NCBI GenBank assembly: GCA_030704615.1
Contig: CM060734.1
Coordinates: 16,244,001 to 16,308,000, forward strand
DNA length: 64,000 nt
From: Takakia lepidozioides
Lineage: Eukaryota > Plantae > Bryophyta
Direction of reading: 5' to 3'
Part shown: positions 1-12,700 of the stretch, piece after piece
Numbering within the stretch: position 1 is the stretch's first letter
How the letters are laid out: each line of letters starts with the position of its first letter
Notes under the pieces: model-generated
What the model saw: only the letters and a program-made list of their open reading frames with translations
Database searches by the model: none
What the model was told of the DNA's origin: nothing
Made by a program: the position numbers and the translations under genes

Positions 1-2460
1 CTTCCGGCATTTGTTTCTGCCGTTAGAGCAACCTCAGAGTCCAGATCCACGTACGTGCCTCCGACTTATCACAATCTCCGCACAGGATTGCTAGAAGACG
101 CCATGACCGAGCTTACCCAAAAGGTCAACGATAGGACGGGCGAGTGCATCAGAAAATATGGAAGCACTATATGTGCCGATGGTTGGAGTTTTGTTACAAA
201 CAGACCGTTGTTCAATGTCATGCTCGTATGTCCAGCTGGGGAACAATTCTTGGGATCGGTCGCCACTAGCGGTGAGAATAAAGATGGAAGTTATCAATGC
301 CAACTATTGACGGAGTTCATCGAACAGGTCGGAAGTGATAGAATCGTGCAAATATGCACAGACAATGCCACTAGCATGAGAAACACTGCAGACATGTTGT
401 TGGCACGTTATCCCCATATGTACTATCAAGGTTGTGCTGCTCATATCTTTGACCTCCTTTTGGAAGATTGGGGAAAAGAACAATGGGTGAAATAACTTGT
501 CAAGCGAGCGAAGACTGTTGTGTCGTTCATCCGCACACACCACATCCCTTTGACAATATATAGGAGACACGAACCCAAATACAGCCTCCGCAATCCAGGC
601 GAAACTCGTTTTGTCACTAACTTCTTGATGGTGGATTGGTTGGTGACGGTGAAGAGCAGTCTGGAGCACACCATCATCGATCCTCAATGAGATGCGTACA
701 CACGGACATTGCGGGACTCCAGAAAAGCCAAGTCATCGGGCAAAAGTCGAAAAGTTCGAAATAACATTCATAGCGATGATTTCTGGAAGAAATGTGAAAA
801 CTTTGTTTATATGGTTGAGCCGGTGTTAATCGTCTTGCGGGAGTTTGATGGAAAGCAACCAGTAATGGGCAAGGCATGGTTACTAATGCAAAATTTTGAG
901 AAGCACGTCCAATCCTTGAGGCATCCTCCCTTCTCATTGGAATCTGAACTTGCGGATAGTGCTGAGGATGCATTTTACAACCGTCATTCAATGGTTTGAA
1001 CGGACTTGCATTCAATCCATTCTTGCTCGACAATACCATGCTCCGAGACGATGCTGATGCCAAGGCCGGCCTCGTGCGAGTGCTCATGCGACTGGCTCCG
1101 CCAAACCATGCAGAGAGAGCTATATCCGAGTACCAATGCTTCTCAGATCGCCGCGACCCTTTTGAGGACATGCCAGATCCAAAAGAGCTCAATATGCTGC
1201 CACATGAATGGTGGGATCTGATTGGAGCTGGAGTAAGAACATTGGCTCCCATTGCGAAGCGTATTCTTGCTCAAGTGTGCTCTGCCTCATCTTGCGAACG
1301 CAATTGGAGCAGTTACGCATTTGTTCACAACAAGATTCGCAACAAGTTGAATCCCCGCGAGGGTTGACAAATTGGTGTATGTGTATACCAATTGTCGACT
1401 GCTACGTGAGAGGGCAGCGGATGATGTTGCAGCATGGTATGAGAGGAATTTGCATTCCGAAGACTCTGCTTCTGAGGCTGATTCGATGAGTGACGATACT
1501 GAGTCTCAGAGGGAATCATCTGCCTCCGATAGTGAAGATGGATTCGATGATGCTCCTGAAAATGCGTATGACCCGTTTACATTCACAGATGAGGATGCTT
1601 ATATCCAATCGATCTTTGATGACCTTCTTGAAGAAGTGCGTATCGCAGATGAAGGTGAAGCTGCAATCGTATCATCCCCAGAACATGGTCCTCAAAATGA
1701 AGTTGGGGTCGACCCTCGCCCCCCACTACACGCTGAAGCCACCGGTAGTGCCCCAATGGAGCTTAGGGGTGATGTACTGCCAGGACCGATCGACGTACGC
1801 AACCCAGTTCATACAAACGATGGTGTCGAACCCATTGTACAGTCAACGGGACGGGATCATGCCTCACCGATACGACCAGCTCCACCACAATGCCAAAACC
1901 GATCCAGTTCCCCATCAACACAGCGGGCATTAAGGAGCAACAGGGTTGATCTGTTTTCCACACGCATGCATCATTCTGCTGCATTGGACCGGGCGGAAGT
2001 TGAAGCCTCGGATAATGACAACCTGCCACTACAATTCCACCTTAACCGACGTGTTGCGCAGCAGACCCGTGGTTCCTCACATGTCGGACCATCTAATGCC
2101 GATCCATCTCGGGCAGTCCCCCCTCCGGTACCTCCTTCGAGACCACCTTTGATTGCGTCCCAAGTCCATAAACGACAGAGAACAGTCCAACCTTTTGTAG
2201 GCGATCGGCCCACAAACAGGCCAGATACCGTGGATGGTATTCAAGACCGGAGCGGGAGTCAACCTCAGAGAGAACCAAATGTGGTTCGAGGTCGCTTGCA
2301 GATTCAAAGGCCTGGACATATGAGGTCGGACAGGGAGGACGATTCCAGAACTGATCATGGCAACGGTGGTGAAGTCGAGGGTGACCCGGATTTTCAACCC
2401 ATCGGAGCATTAGGATTAGGATCTTCTTCGTCCCGCCGTCGAAGCAGTAGAAAGAATTGA
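1..2460 (+). pseudogene. hAT transposase pseudogene (DUF659-type core plus hATC dimerisation domain) with long acidic/low-complexity C-terminal extension
   Basis: Motifs ICADGWS, QICTDNA, CAAHIFDLLLED, ETRF, WWDLIG..LAPIAKRILAQVCSASSCERNWS, LVYVYTN. Stops at 493-495 and 688-690, frameshifts near 999 and 1367. Confidence 0.9.
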
Positions 2461-2724
2461 AGCAAAACAGCTGTAGGCATGCATCAGCACTTTTTAGTGG
2501 ACATGTTTATATTTCTGTATTGCAGTAATACCAATGTGATCATTGTTACTATGAGTATTTGTATTGCTGTTGTGTATATGTTGGAAAATAAAAAATGTTG
2601 CCCATGTGTATACCAGCCAAAATGTGGCCAAAGGCCCCGTCACTTGCTCATGTTTGTGTTCGGTGATTTGCTTGTGGAATGAAGAACAATTGTGCCATGC
2701 TGCCAACTGTGCATTCATATTTAT

Positions 2725-4411
2725 TTGAATGGAGCGACCGCCAAGGTGGCGGTCGCTTCTACAAGGTCTGCCCTCCGCGTGGAGCGAGGAATGAGGGGGG
2801 GGGGGGGGGGCATATAAGCTCCCAGTCATTATTTTGGAAATGAAACGACCGCCGTTACTGGCGGTCGCTCCATTTCCAGCCAAAATTCAACAAAAGCGAC
2901 CGCCATTAGGGGCGGTCGTAGTTATTGTTGTTTTTTGTAATTGCAGCGACCGCCATTAGTGGCGGTCGCTTTTATTGAATTTTGGTTGGAAATGGAGCGA
3001 CCGCCATTTATGGCGGTCGCTTCTACGAAGTGTGCCCTGCGCATGAAGCGAAGAGTGAGGCGGGGGGAAGGGGGGCATATAAGCTCCGGGACATTCTCCC
3101 CTCACTTCGCTTGAAGTTCTTTTTTGTTTTTATAAATGTAGCGATCGCCATTACTGGCGGTCGTTTTTTTTTTTTTTTTTGGCAATTTGGAGCGACCGCC
3201 ATTTGTGGCGGTTCTACGAGGTCTGCCCTGCGCGTGGAGCGAGGAATGAGGCGGGGGGGCATATAAGCCCCAGTCATTCTCCCCTCACTTCCATTACTGG
3301 CAGTTTTTGTTTTTACAAAATGCAGCGACTGCCATTTCTGGCGGTCGCTGTAATGGTTATTTCTTAAGATGCAGCGACCGCCATTACTGGCGGTCGCTTT
3401 TATTTTACTTATTTTGGAAATGAAGCGACCGCCTATGTTGGCGGTCGCTTATTTATTTTAAATGTTTTGAAAATGAAGCGACCGCCTATCCCGGCGGTCA
3501 CTTATTTATTTTAAATGTTTTTTAAATGAAGCGACCGCCTATGTTGGCGGTTGCTTATTTATTTTAAAGTTTTTGAAAATGAAACGACCGCCTATGCTGG
3601 CGGTCGCTTATTTTTTTTTAATTTTTTAAAAAATGAAGCGAACGCCTATGTAAGCAGTCGCTTATTTATTTTAAATGTTTTGAAAATGAAGCGACCGCCT
3701 ATGTTGGCGGTCGCTTATTTATTTTAAAGTTTTTGAAAATGAAGCGACCGCCTATGGTGGCGGTCGCTTATTTTTTTAATTTTTTTTTAAATGAAGCGAA
3801 CGCCTCTGTAAGCAGTCGCTTATTTATTTTAAATGTTTTGAAAATGAAGTGACCGCCTATGCTGGCGGTCGTTTATTTATTTTAAATGTTTGAAGTTACC
3901 GCCTATGTTGGCGGTCGGTTTTTTTGTTTTTAAGTTTTTTTAATGAAGCGACCGCCTATGTTGGCAGTCGCTTATTTATTTTAAATGTTTTGAAAATGAA
4001 GCGACCGCCGATGTTGGCGGTCGCTTATTTATTTTAAATGTTTTGAAAATGAAGCGACCGCCCATGCTTGCCGTCGCTTATTTATTTTAAATTGTTTTTA
4101 AATGAAGAGACCGCCTATGTTCACGGTCGTTTTTTTTTTTTAAAGTTTCTGAAAATGAAGCGACTGCCTATGTTGGCGGTCGCTTATTTATTTTAAATGT
4201 TACCGCTATGTCGGCGGTCGCGTATTTTTTTTTAAGTTTTTGAAAATGAACCAACTGCCTATGTTGGCGGTCTCTTATTTATTTTAAAGTTTTGGAAAAT
4301 GAAGCGACTGCCTATGCTGGCGGTCGCTTATTTTTTTTAATTTTTTTTTTAAGGAAGCGACCGCCTATGTTGGCGGTCGGCTTTTTTGTTTTTAAGTTTT
4401 TGAAAATTAAG
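2725..4411. repeat. Array of ~60-bp units, each a GCGACCGCC-N6-GGCGGTCGC hairpin separated by AT-rich linkers (hAT subterminal repeats)
   Basis: More than 20 copies such as AAGCGACCGCCTATGTTGGCGGTCGCTT. Linkers are near-identical (ATTTATTTTAAATGTTTTGAAAAT). Confidence 0.9.
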
Positions 4412-5951
4412 CGATGGCTCAACGGATGGTTGGCCATCAAAATGATTTTGGTTCGCTTTGAGACTTGGCCACTATGTTCAATGTGCCATGTTAGAGGCCC
4501 CAAAGTAATATGAGATTAATCGAAATTTGTTCAATGGGCCAACGGATGGTTGCCCATCCAAATGATTTTCGTTCACTTTGAAACTTGGCCAGTGTGTTCA
4601 ATGTACCCTCTGATACGTCCTAGTGTAATACGAGATCAATCGAAAATCGTTCAATTGTCCAATGAGGCGTTCACTTGTCATCTGGTTTTTGTTCAATGCC
4701 TACAATGCGTGCACGGCTATTGCACCCATTGAACGGATGTGGTTGAAGCCCCTCTTTTGCCCGCATGTGCTTGAACATGTGTGCGACACATGTGCGGAGA
4801 CACAACAGACGAATAAATCATTTGTCTCCCCATCGACGCGCTCCCCCCTCAAGCCATTCCACAATTTAATTGAACTTAAATTTATTTTAAGCCAATAAAT
4901 AGGTTTGCACTGCCTTTCAGTGGGGGTTTCTGGCACGTATCGATTTTGTTTTTTACTCAATTTTGTTCTGCGGCTTCTAGCATCCCACGGCTACTCCCCC
5001 GCCAAAATTTGGACCAATCAAAAATGCCCCAAAAAAAAATGTTCTCTTCGCTCACTATTGGAGAACTCTCTATGAAGAGTGCACAAAGTAGAACACAAAT
5101 CAAGTTTGGAGTGCAAAACAGGGAAGAAACTATGGTTTTGGGTCCAAATGAATTTTGATCGCTCCCAAATTTGGCACGCACGTTGCATATGGCTACATTA
5201 CACGCCCCATTCAAAAACGGAATGAAAAACAAATCGTGAGCACGCGAAACACAGTCCAACAGGTCCCAAAGCAATAACAGCTCCAATAGAATACAATCAA
5301 CGGGTGAACGGATGGTTGCCCATCCAAATCATTTTTGTTAGCTTCCAAACTTTGCCAGCACGTTCCAGACACCCTCTCACAAGTCCCGGAATAATATCAG
5401 ATCAATCGAAATTCATTCGATGGCTCAATGGATGGTTGGCCATCGAAATGATTTTGGTTCGCTTTGAGACTTGGCCACTATGTTCAATGTGCCATGTAAG
5501 AAGCCCCAGAGTAATATGAGATTAATCGAAATTTGTTCAATGGGTCAACGGATGGTTGCCCATCCAAATGATTTTCGTTCGCTTTGAATCTTGGCCAGTG
5601 TGTTCAATGTACCCTCTGATACATCCCAGTGCAATACGAGATCAATCGAAAATCGTTCAATTGTCCAATGAGGCGTTTACTTGTCATCTGGTTTTTGTTC
5701 AATGCGAAGAAAAAAAATCCTGCAATGCGTGCACGGCTATTGCACCCATTGAACGGATGTGGTTGAAGCCCCTCTTTTGCCCGCATGTGCTTGAACATGT
5801 GTGCGACACATGTGCGGAGACACAACAGACGAATAAATCATTTGTCTCCCCATCGACGCGCTCCCCCCTCAAGCCATTCCACAATTTAATTGAACTTAAA
5901 TTTATTTTAAGCCAATAAATAGGTTTGCACTGCCTTTCAGTGGGGGGTTCT
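4412..5951. repeat. Direct duplication (4412-4931 ~ 5418-5951) built on a ~130-bp internal repeat; dispersed repeat family
   Basis: The two segments are near-identical. AACGGATGGTTG(G/C)CCATC recurs about 5 times, and an inverted copy lies at about 44488-44590. Confidence 0.85.
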
Positions 5952-6047
5952 AAGTTTGACTTCCAAACTTCTTCTTCACTTGACGGCCACTTTTATGACG
6001 TTAACCCGCGTCCACCTGTCACTGACCCAATACATTGTGTAACCCGC

Positions 6048-6267
6048 ATGGGCTGTGTTGGGCTGTGACAGGTTGTGTCTAACTTTGGTGAACTGTGATA
6101 GGCTGTGTGACACTGTGATGGGCTGTGATAAGTTGTGTCACGCTATGATGGGCTGTGATAGGCTGTGTCACGCTGTGATGGGCTGTGTGCACTGTGATTG
6201 GCTGTGATAGGCCGTGTCACGCTATGATAGGTTGTGATAAGCTGTGTCACGCTGTGATGGGCTGTGT
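6048..6267. repeat. GGCTGTGA-type 10-bp minisatellite
   Basis: Runs of (G)GGCTGTGAT(A/G) and GGCTGTGTCA. Confidence 0.85.
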
Positions 6268-6520
6268 CGTTTCATTTATAAATAAATAAATTACGGGCGA
6301 CCGCCAATATGGACAGTCGCTTCATTTATAAATAAATAAATTACCGGCGACCGCCAATATGGGCGGTCGCTTCATTTATAAATAAATAAATTACCGGCGA
6401 CCGCCAATACTGGCGGTCGCTTAATTTAACAAAATATTAAATTACAAGCGACCGCCAATATGGGCGGTCGCTTTTATTTAAAATAATAAATTATATGCAA
6501 CTGCCAATATAGGCGGACTC
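6268..6520. repeat. Second block of GCGACCGCC/GGCGGTCGC hairpin repeats (50-bp unit)
   Basis: TTCATTTATAAATAAATAAATTACCGGCGACCGCCAATATGGGCGGTCGC repeated about 4-5 times. Confidence 0.85.
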
Positions 6521-6736
6521 ATTTTTTTAGAAGAATTAATAAATATTAATAATTGGCCACGTCTGTTTTACACCATGGCTGCCATGTCATTACAAAGGGT
6601 AGAAGTAAATCGTAAAAGTCAAATGTATAAAAAATTACATGGATAAACGTCCGGATTCGACGTGACGTGACGTGACGCACGTTGGACATGACGGCCGACG
6701 TGTCAGCGCCACGTCACGTCATGAATGATAACTAGG

Positions 6737-8588
6737 CCTTAGATCTCTCCCCTCGTGGCTGATCTTTTTCCTGTACCAAATCCCTTAATCTTTCTTGTAA
6801 AGAATAAGAAGGAGTGACATCCAACTCTGGTTCCTCCAGTATGGATGATGTACTCTTCGATCTTAATGGTGTGAGAGGTCCAGATGATTCTCCTATGTCT
6901 ATTCCTCTCTCCCAAAGATATGGATAATTAGCTTTCAAATAACTTTATCTTTTTGCTGAATATCTGTGAAGTCTAGCTTCTCTTTCATCACTCATGTCCC
7001 ATGTCTTTCATATCTTCAATGAGGCAATAACCAAAACTCTCTTATGTAGTATCTCTCGTATATGCCTGGGTTTCTTTCAAGCTTCAATGCACCCTTGGCT
7101 ATACTAGAAGTCTTTGTTACCATATAACCATATGGCAAGCACGTCTGAAAAGTTGTTCTTGGTGTCAGTTTGATCCACATGATATCCTTAGGAATCCAAT
7201 TCTTTACTAGTACCAACTCTTCATGCATATGAGTGTAAACATTCACTTTCCGTTCCTCCTTGCCTTCAAACTCCACTCGTTTAATGGATAGCAATGCTAT
7301 CACATAAACCAGCGTTGGTAACCAACTTGCTCTCCCTCTACAGGCCATTTGATAAATCTTTATCACTCCTTTCTCCAGACCCCACTTAGGATCTGCATCA
7401 TGCACTCTCTTAAGAATGTTTTCTTTGCAACCATCTGGCAATTCCAAAAATCTCTGAAAGAATTGCTTGGACAACCTTTCTTTCTCAGTTCCACAAGGAA
7501 TTTGATTCACATCAAATTCTCTAATTCTCCAACCACCATGATCCCACTAGATGCCTGTCACATCTGGTTGTTCTTGACCCAGTTCCCCAGTATGGTCGCC
7601 AAATGTCGAGCGACTTTTACTCACCCATCCCTTCGCTATCCGAGGTGGGAACTCCAAGATAGAAGAGTTAGATATCTCTAAGCACTCAGCCCGCTCAGAA
7701 CAATCAGTCATGACCTACAGCTAGTGAATCATGGTTGTGCTTCTTGTTTGTATTTCTTCTTGCCTTCATGTTAGCAAATTACCTTACTGTGTATACTCAA
7801 GCATCAGATTGCTTCAGTATCTATCAAGTTCCATTCACTCATCTATTCATTCCACAGCTTCACTCAAGTCTCTCTACACAGTGTGATTGTATCGAATAAG
7901 TATGAGATTAAGATTTATCAGGTATCACGCCGAAGCAATGGTGTCTCTAATCTGCTCTACAGTATCACTACAGCTTTGCATATAACGAGCATCTACTGTT
8001 CATCTCTTCTCCTTCACCGTGCTCTCCACCTGTTCTCCTCCCGTGCATGTCCAAGAAGTGCTCCCTCTGAAGTGTCATCTATGATGCTTGCTCTGCCTAT
8101 TTTATCTACAAGCTGTTCTAACCGCCTAACTAACTAACTGTCACCTAAGAAGTAAACACGTTCCATCTGCAGATGTCCCACACAGTCGTTCCCTGCCAAT
8201 GATAACCGTTTCCTATATACGATGTGACGGGCTGTGCCAAACTGTGTCGGGTTGTGACTATACCGAGCTGTGACTGGCTGTATGAAACTGTGTCAAGCTG
8301 TGATAGATTGTGACTAACTGTGATAGGCTGTGATTAACTGTGACAGACTTTGTAAGGCTGTATTGGGCTGTGTAAGGCTGTGTATGGCTGTGATAGACTA
8401 TGATAGGCTGTATACGACTGTGTAAGACTGTGGCCGAGTGTGTAAGCCTATCTACCACCCCTAAAGCCTGTGCCTGTCACCCCTAAGGCCTCTGTTGATC
8501 TAAGTCTACCATCCGTACGTCTGCGCAAAAATTAAGGGTACCCCACAGAACCCATAAAAGTGTCTACGTCCCAGACAACCCTCTAACA
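6737..8588 (-). mobile_element. 5' part of non-chromovirus Ty3/Gypsy element (copy of 54468-56325), including the extra ORF
   Basis: Reverse complement of 54468-56325. Starts TGTTAGAGGG at 8588. ORFs 7016..7510 and 6732..6938 match 55351..56046 and 56067 onward. Confidence 0.9.
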
Positions 8589-9799
8589 GTCGCTTGGTGG
8601 AGGCAGTGATCGCCAAGACTTTCAAGGTAGGCAACTACTCTTGTGAGTTGTATCAGGAGACGGAACATTGCGTAAAGGGAGTCAGTTAATGTTCGTGAGC
8701 GGGATAATTTCCAGAACTAACGTGTAGTTGTTGGTGGACACAAGAGCGTCGCACTCCTTCATGACACCGGCAGCGGCACGGAAGTTGGGGCTCCCGACAA
8801 GTGATGTGGGGGCCTCTATTGAAGTGTGTTCTGCCAAAAGAGAACCACACTTGGCAACGAGGGTGCGTTCGATGCTCCTCTTCAGCTGGGGAGTTGGGAG
8901 GGGAGTGAGAACTTCACCATTGGGGAGATTGATGGAGTGGATCTCATTTTTGGGATGTCCTTTTTGAGCAAATCCGGAGCGGTCATAGATGGCCGCAAGA
9001 GAGTAGTCACGCTACCGTGTGGGAATGGTGGCAAAGTTTTACAAGTGTCGGAAACACCCAACCGAGTGGGAAGGCGAATAAACCTGCTGACAGCAAAGGA
9101 ATGCCACACGAGCCCCAATTTTTGCTTTACATAAGACAAGTGGAAGGAGAAGTCGATAGGGAGCCGAGCCCAGATTGGATCAAGGGGATCCTAGAGAAAT
9201 ACCAGGATGTGATGCCGGAGGATTTACTGAGCGGCTTGCCACTGCGAAGAGGAGTTGACCACAAGATAGAGGTGGTGTCGGGATCGGAGCCGCCTGCCAA
9301 GGCGCCCTACCGGTTGAGCCATAGAGAGTTGGTCGAGCTGAAGGCCCAACTCAAGGATCTAATGGCAAAGCGTACATCCGGCCGAGTAAGTCACCTTACG
9401 GAGCCCCGGTACTATTCGCAGATAAGAAGGATGGGACGCTGCGCCGACTACAGGGCTATGAATAAGGTGACTATAAAAAACCGGTACCCTTTGCCAAGGA
9501 TCGACGACCTCTTCGATCGGTTGGCAGGAGCAAAGTATTTCAGCCGGATCGATTTACGCTAAGGTTACCATCAGATCCGGATAGCGGAAGGAGATGAGGA
9601 AAAGACAGCATGCAGGACAAGGTATGGTTCGTACGAATTTTTGGTGATGCCTTTTGGGCTCACCAACGTGCCAGCAACCTTTAGCACCTTGATGAACTGC
9701 CTCTTTTAGGAGTGGTTGGATAACTTTGTGATCGTGTACATCGACGACATCTTGGTGTACTCAAAAACGAAAGAAGAGCACCTGGAGCATCTCAAAAGG
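8589..9799 (+). pseudogene. pol: Degraded chromovirus Gypsy pol fragment (protease, start of RT)
   Basis: LVDT(R)AS protease motif, [28 protein letters not shown]. Same family as 38192-42720. Stops and frameshifts. Confidence 0.9.
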
Positions 9800-12700
9800 C
9801 TGCATGACTCCAGCAGTATTTGCATGAACGCTGGGGATTTTTCCTTTGCACCTCTCCAGGGAGTGCCATCTGGTCTCTTCAGAGTCTGACTGGACTGCAT
9901 GAAATTGTACAAAATGTCATCGACATGCGGCTCATAGGGGGGGTTGACGAAACAACCCCGGTCAGAAATCTCAAAGCTGCGGATGGAGGATGGTGTCTTT
10001 GAGGTGCGAATCCTCCGCAGGCAGATCGCCTCAAACATCCTCGTCTGCCAAAGATAGCAGGTTAGTGTGGTAAACACAATCTATAGTGGAAGTGTGTACA
10101 TCGGCTATTCAGAACTCAGGCATAAAACAATCATTTTTATCACGAATCGGTGATGATTGGTGTCGATCATGACAGATTCTTCTAGAGTGGAGCTGCAAAG
10201 AACATTGAAACTCATCATGAAAGCACAAGCAGAAGGGAGACGACAAACCAGCTGACCAGGGAAACCCCCTTTCACAAGGTAGAGGCTGTTCACACAATTA
10301 CATGTGCGCAAAACTTCAAACCCTGAAGACTTCAGGTATGATGCCAATGCCCGACGACTATCTTTGTCACATGACTGAAAAAGCAGAAGTGTCCCTGCAT
10401 TAGAGAGGAAATTATTACAGAACCCGAACACCCAACTCCAGTAGTTGTCCTCGAATTTGTTCCAGCCTGGCGTCTTGCGCTTTGGAAGAACTTCTGGTAC
10501 AGCCTGGCCATCCGGGATGTCGAGAATGACAATGTCAGCCGCATATGTTTTCTGCACACCGCACATGAAGGTGGGACCTGTGCTCACCTGCAACAGACAT
10601 GTTTATTTTAAGAACGATGACAAGAATGTTTTCAAAGAACCAGACTGAAATACTGCCAATGAAACTTTCAGAGAAAAGGGAAAGAAACTGGAATTCTCAC
10701 CAGATTGAGGAATGAGATTATGTTGTCCTAGGTAGGCGAAGGCACCCCAGTGTATCATCTCTTTCGACTCTGCATCATCGCCAGCCAACCCTCATTGACA
10801 ATTTTAATCTCTCCTGCCGAATCAGAACGGGAAGGGTGTGGCTTGGCATCGAACACGCACTGAACTGTGCGGGTATATCTTCCAGCAGGGAAGTCTTGCC
10901 CACTCTCCATCTCATTTTCTTTCTCCTTCCCCTTGTCCTTTTCCTTCTCTTTGGACTTGTCTTTGTCCTTTGGCTTTACTGGTGAGATGGCTATGACATC
11001 AAGAGCCTTGTCTTTTGGTTTGCGGCCCGCCTTCTTTCCCTTCTGCGGCGTTCCCTGAGCATCAGGCTCTTTGGCAGCCAATGTTGCTATGTTTCTTTGG
11101 TACTCTTCGTCAGTCAGAGGCGCTAGCATCTCAGCATTATTGTTCAAATATTTCATGTGCTGTTCTTGAAAGGTCGTGTGCTCCGGTGGGCAATCAAGGT
11201 ACCAGCCACAATCTTTGAAGTGAGAAGGACTCTAGTCCTTCAATATCCCTGCAGTATACATGGTTGGATCGTTTGCAGGGTCCGACCACATGTCAAGATA
11301 GTCTGGAATACCGCTCAGGTGATTTCCTTCCATAAGCACATATTTCGTGTACCTGTTAAACAGGAGATAAATCCCAACCCACCAAAGCGCGAAGTGAGTA
11401 AGATGCAAGTAGCACATAATGAAAAAAACATGGAATGAAATGGCTCTGAGAACTGCTCCAAGGACCTTTCAGGACCACGCAACAGCTCCGGATGTGAATG
11501 TCGTCAACGCCATTCAAAAAATTCCATTCAATGATACTGTAAATACACCCTAATCCACGTGAATGCAAACTCTCGCTTTGGAATGACACAAACATAGAAG
11601 TGAATGTCGTCAACGGCATTCACTTTGGATTTGTGAATACACTGCAAATCAAGCCTAATGATTTCTCAAAAGAGGCAAAATCATTGGATGGAAACTGAAT
11701 GTCGGCAACGACATTCAGAAACTCGAGTAAGGAACCCTCCCAAAAAACTCAATGGACATTCATAACGAACATAACACTGAGGACCTCATAATAACACTGG
11801 ATGTGAATGGCGTCAACACCATTCACAAAATTCTGAACAAGGAACCAATTAATACACCCTAAGCTCCTAATCCATGTAAATTCAAATTGTCGCTGGTGAA
11901 TGACACAGACATAGAAGTGAATGTCGTCAACGACATTCACTTTGGATCTCTGATAACACAGCTAATCAAGCCTCAAGATTTCTCGCAAGAAGCAAAAGCA
12001 ATGTAGAACAACTGAATGTCTGCATTGACATTCAACAAACTGAAGTGAGGAACCCTCACTGTAAACTCTATGGACATTACAAAAACTTACATAACTCTGA
12101 GGACCTCTTAACAACTCTGGATGTGAAAGTCGTCAATGCCATTCAAGGACATTATCAATTCTAATCAGGGACACTCTAATTACACCCTAATCTCCTAATC
12201 CAGGTGAATTCAAATTCTCGCTTAAGAATGACTCAGACAAAGAAGTGAGTGTCGTCAACGACATTCAATTTGGATCTATGATTACAATCCTTATGAAGCC
12301 AAATTATTTCCCAAAAAGTGCAGTAGAGTTTCCAGTATGATATTGCACCTGTACACAACTCGCATCATGGCCCACTCTCCTCCAACCTGACTGTCAAAGT
12401 CGTTGGACCGTAAAATGTTACCATCTTTGGAGAACTCCCGAAAAAAACAGTATCTCCAGGTGAGACCTCTCCACTTCCTTATGTATGCCTCCAATGACAT
12501 TTGGGGAGGGGAAACAATCGAAATGTTCAAGTCCTTCAAAGTCTGATCCAGCACAATGACGACGCGCTTTTCGAGCTGCAAATTGTATATTTGTCAGTAT
12601 TGCAAATAAGATACTCATCACATAATTGAAGAAAAGAAAACGGCTTATTTGAATACACACCTGACTCCAAAATGTAGCCTTGTGGAGCCAGTTATCAAAC

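Larger units (their letters stand above)
1..6736 (+). mobile_element. hAT-superfamily DNA transposon (left end outside window)
   Basis: Transposase remnant at 1-1400, palindromic subterminal arrays at 2725-4411 and 6268-6520, CGTGA repeats at 6660-6720. Candidate right end ...ATGATAACTAGG at 6736, exactly where homology to the Gypsy copy at 54468-56325 begins (6737). Confidence 0.7.

Noticed and set aside
2725-4411. CRISPR-like array of palindromic repeats
   Set aside because: Spacers are near-identical AT-rich linkers, there are no cas genes, and the context is a eukaryotic hAT.
9930-9950. NPPY in ORF 9706..10077 as the catalytic motif of the amino-MTase
   Set aside because: It lies between motif VI-like and motif X-like segments, where beta-class enzymes have a variable region. 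DIPD at ~10510 fits motif IV better, so NPPY may be chance.
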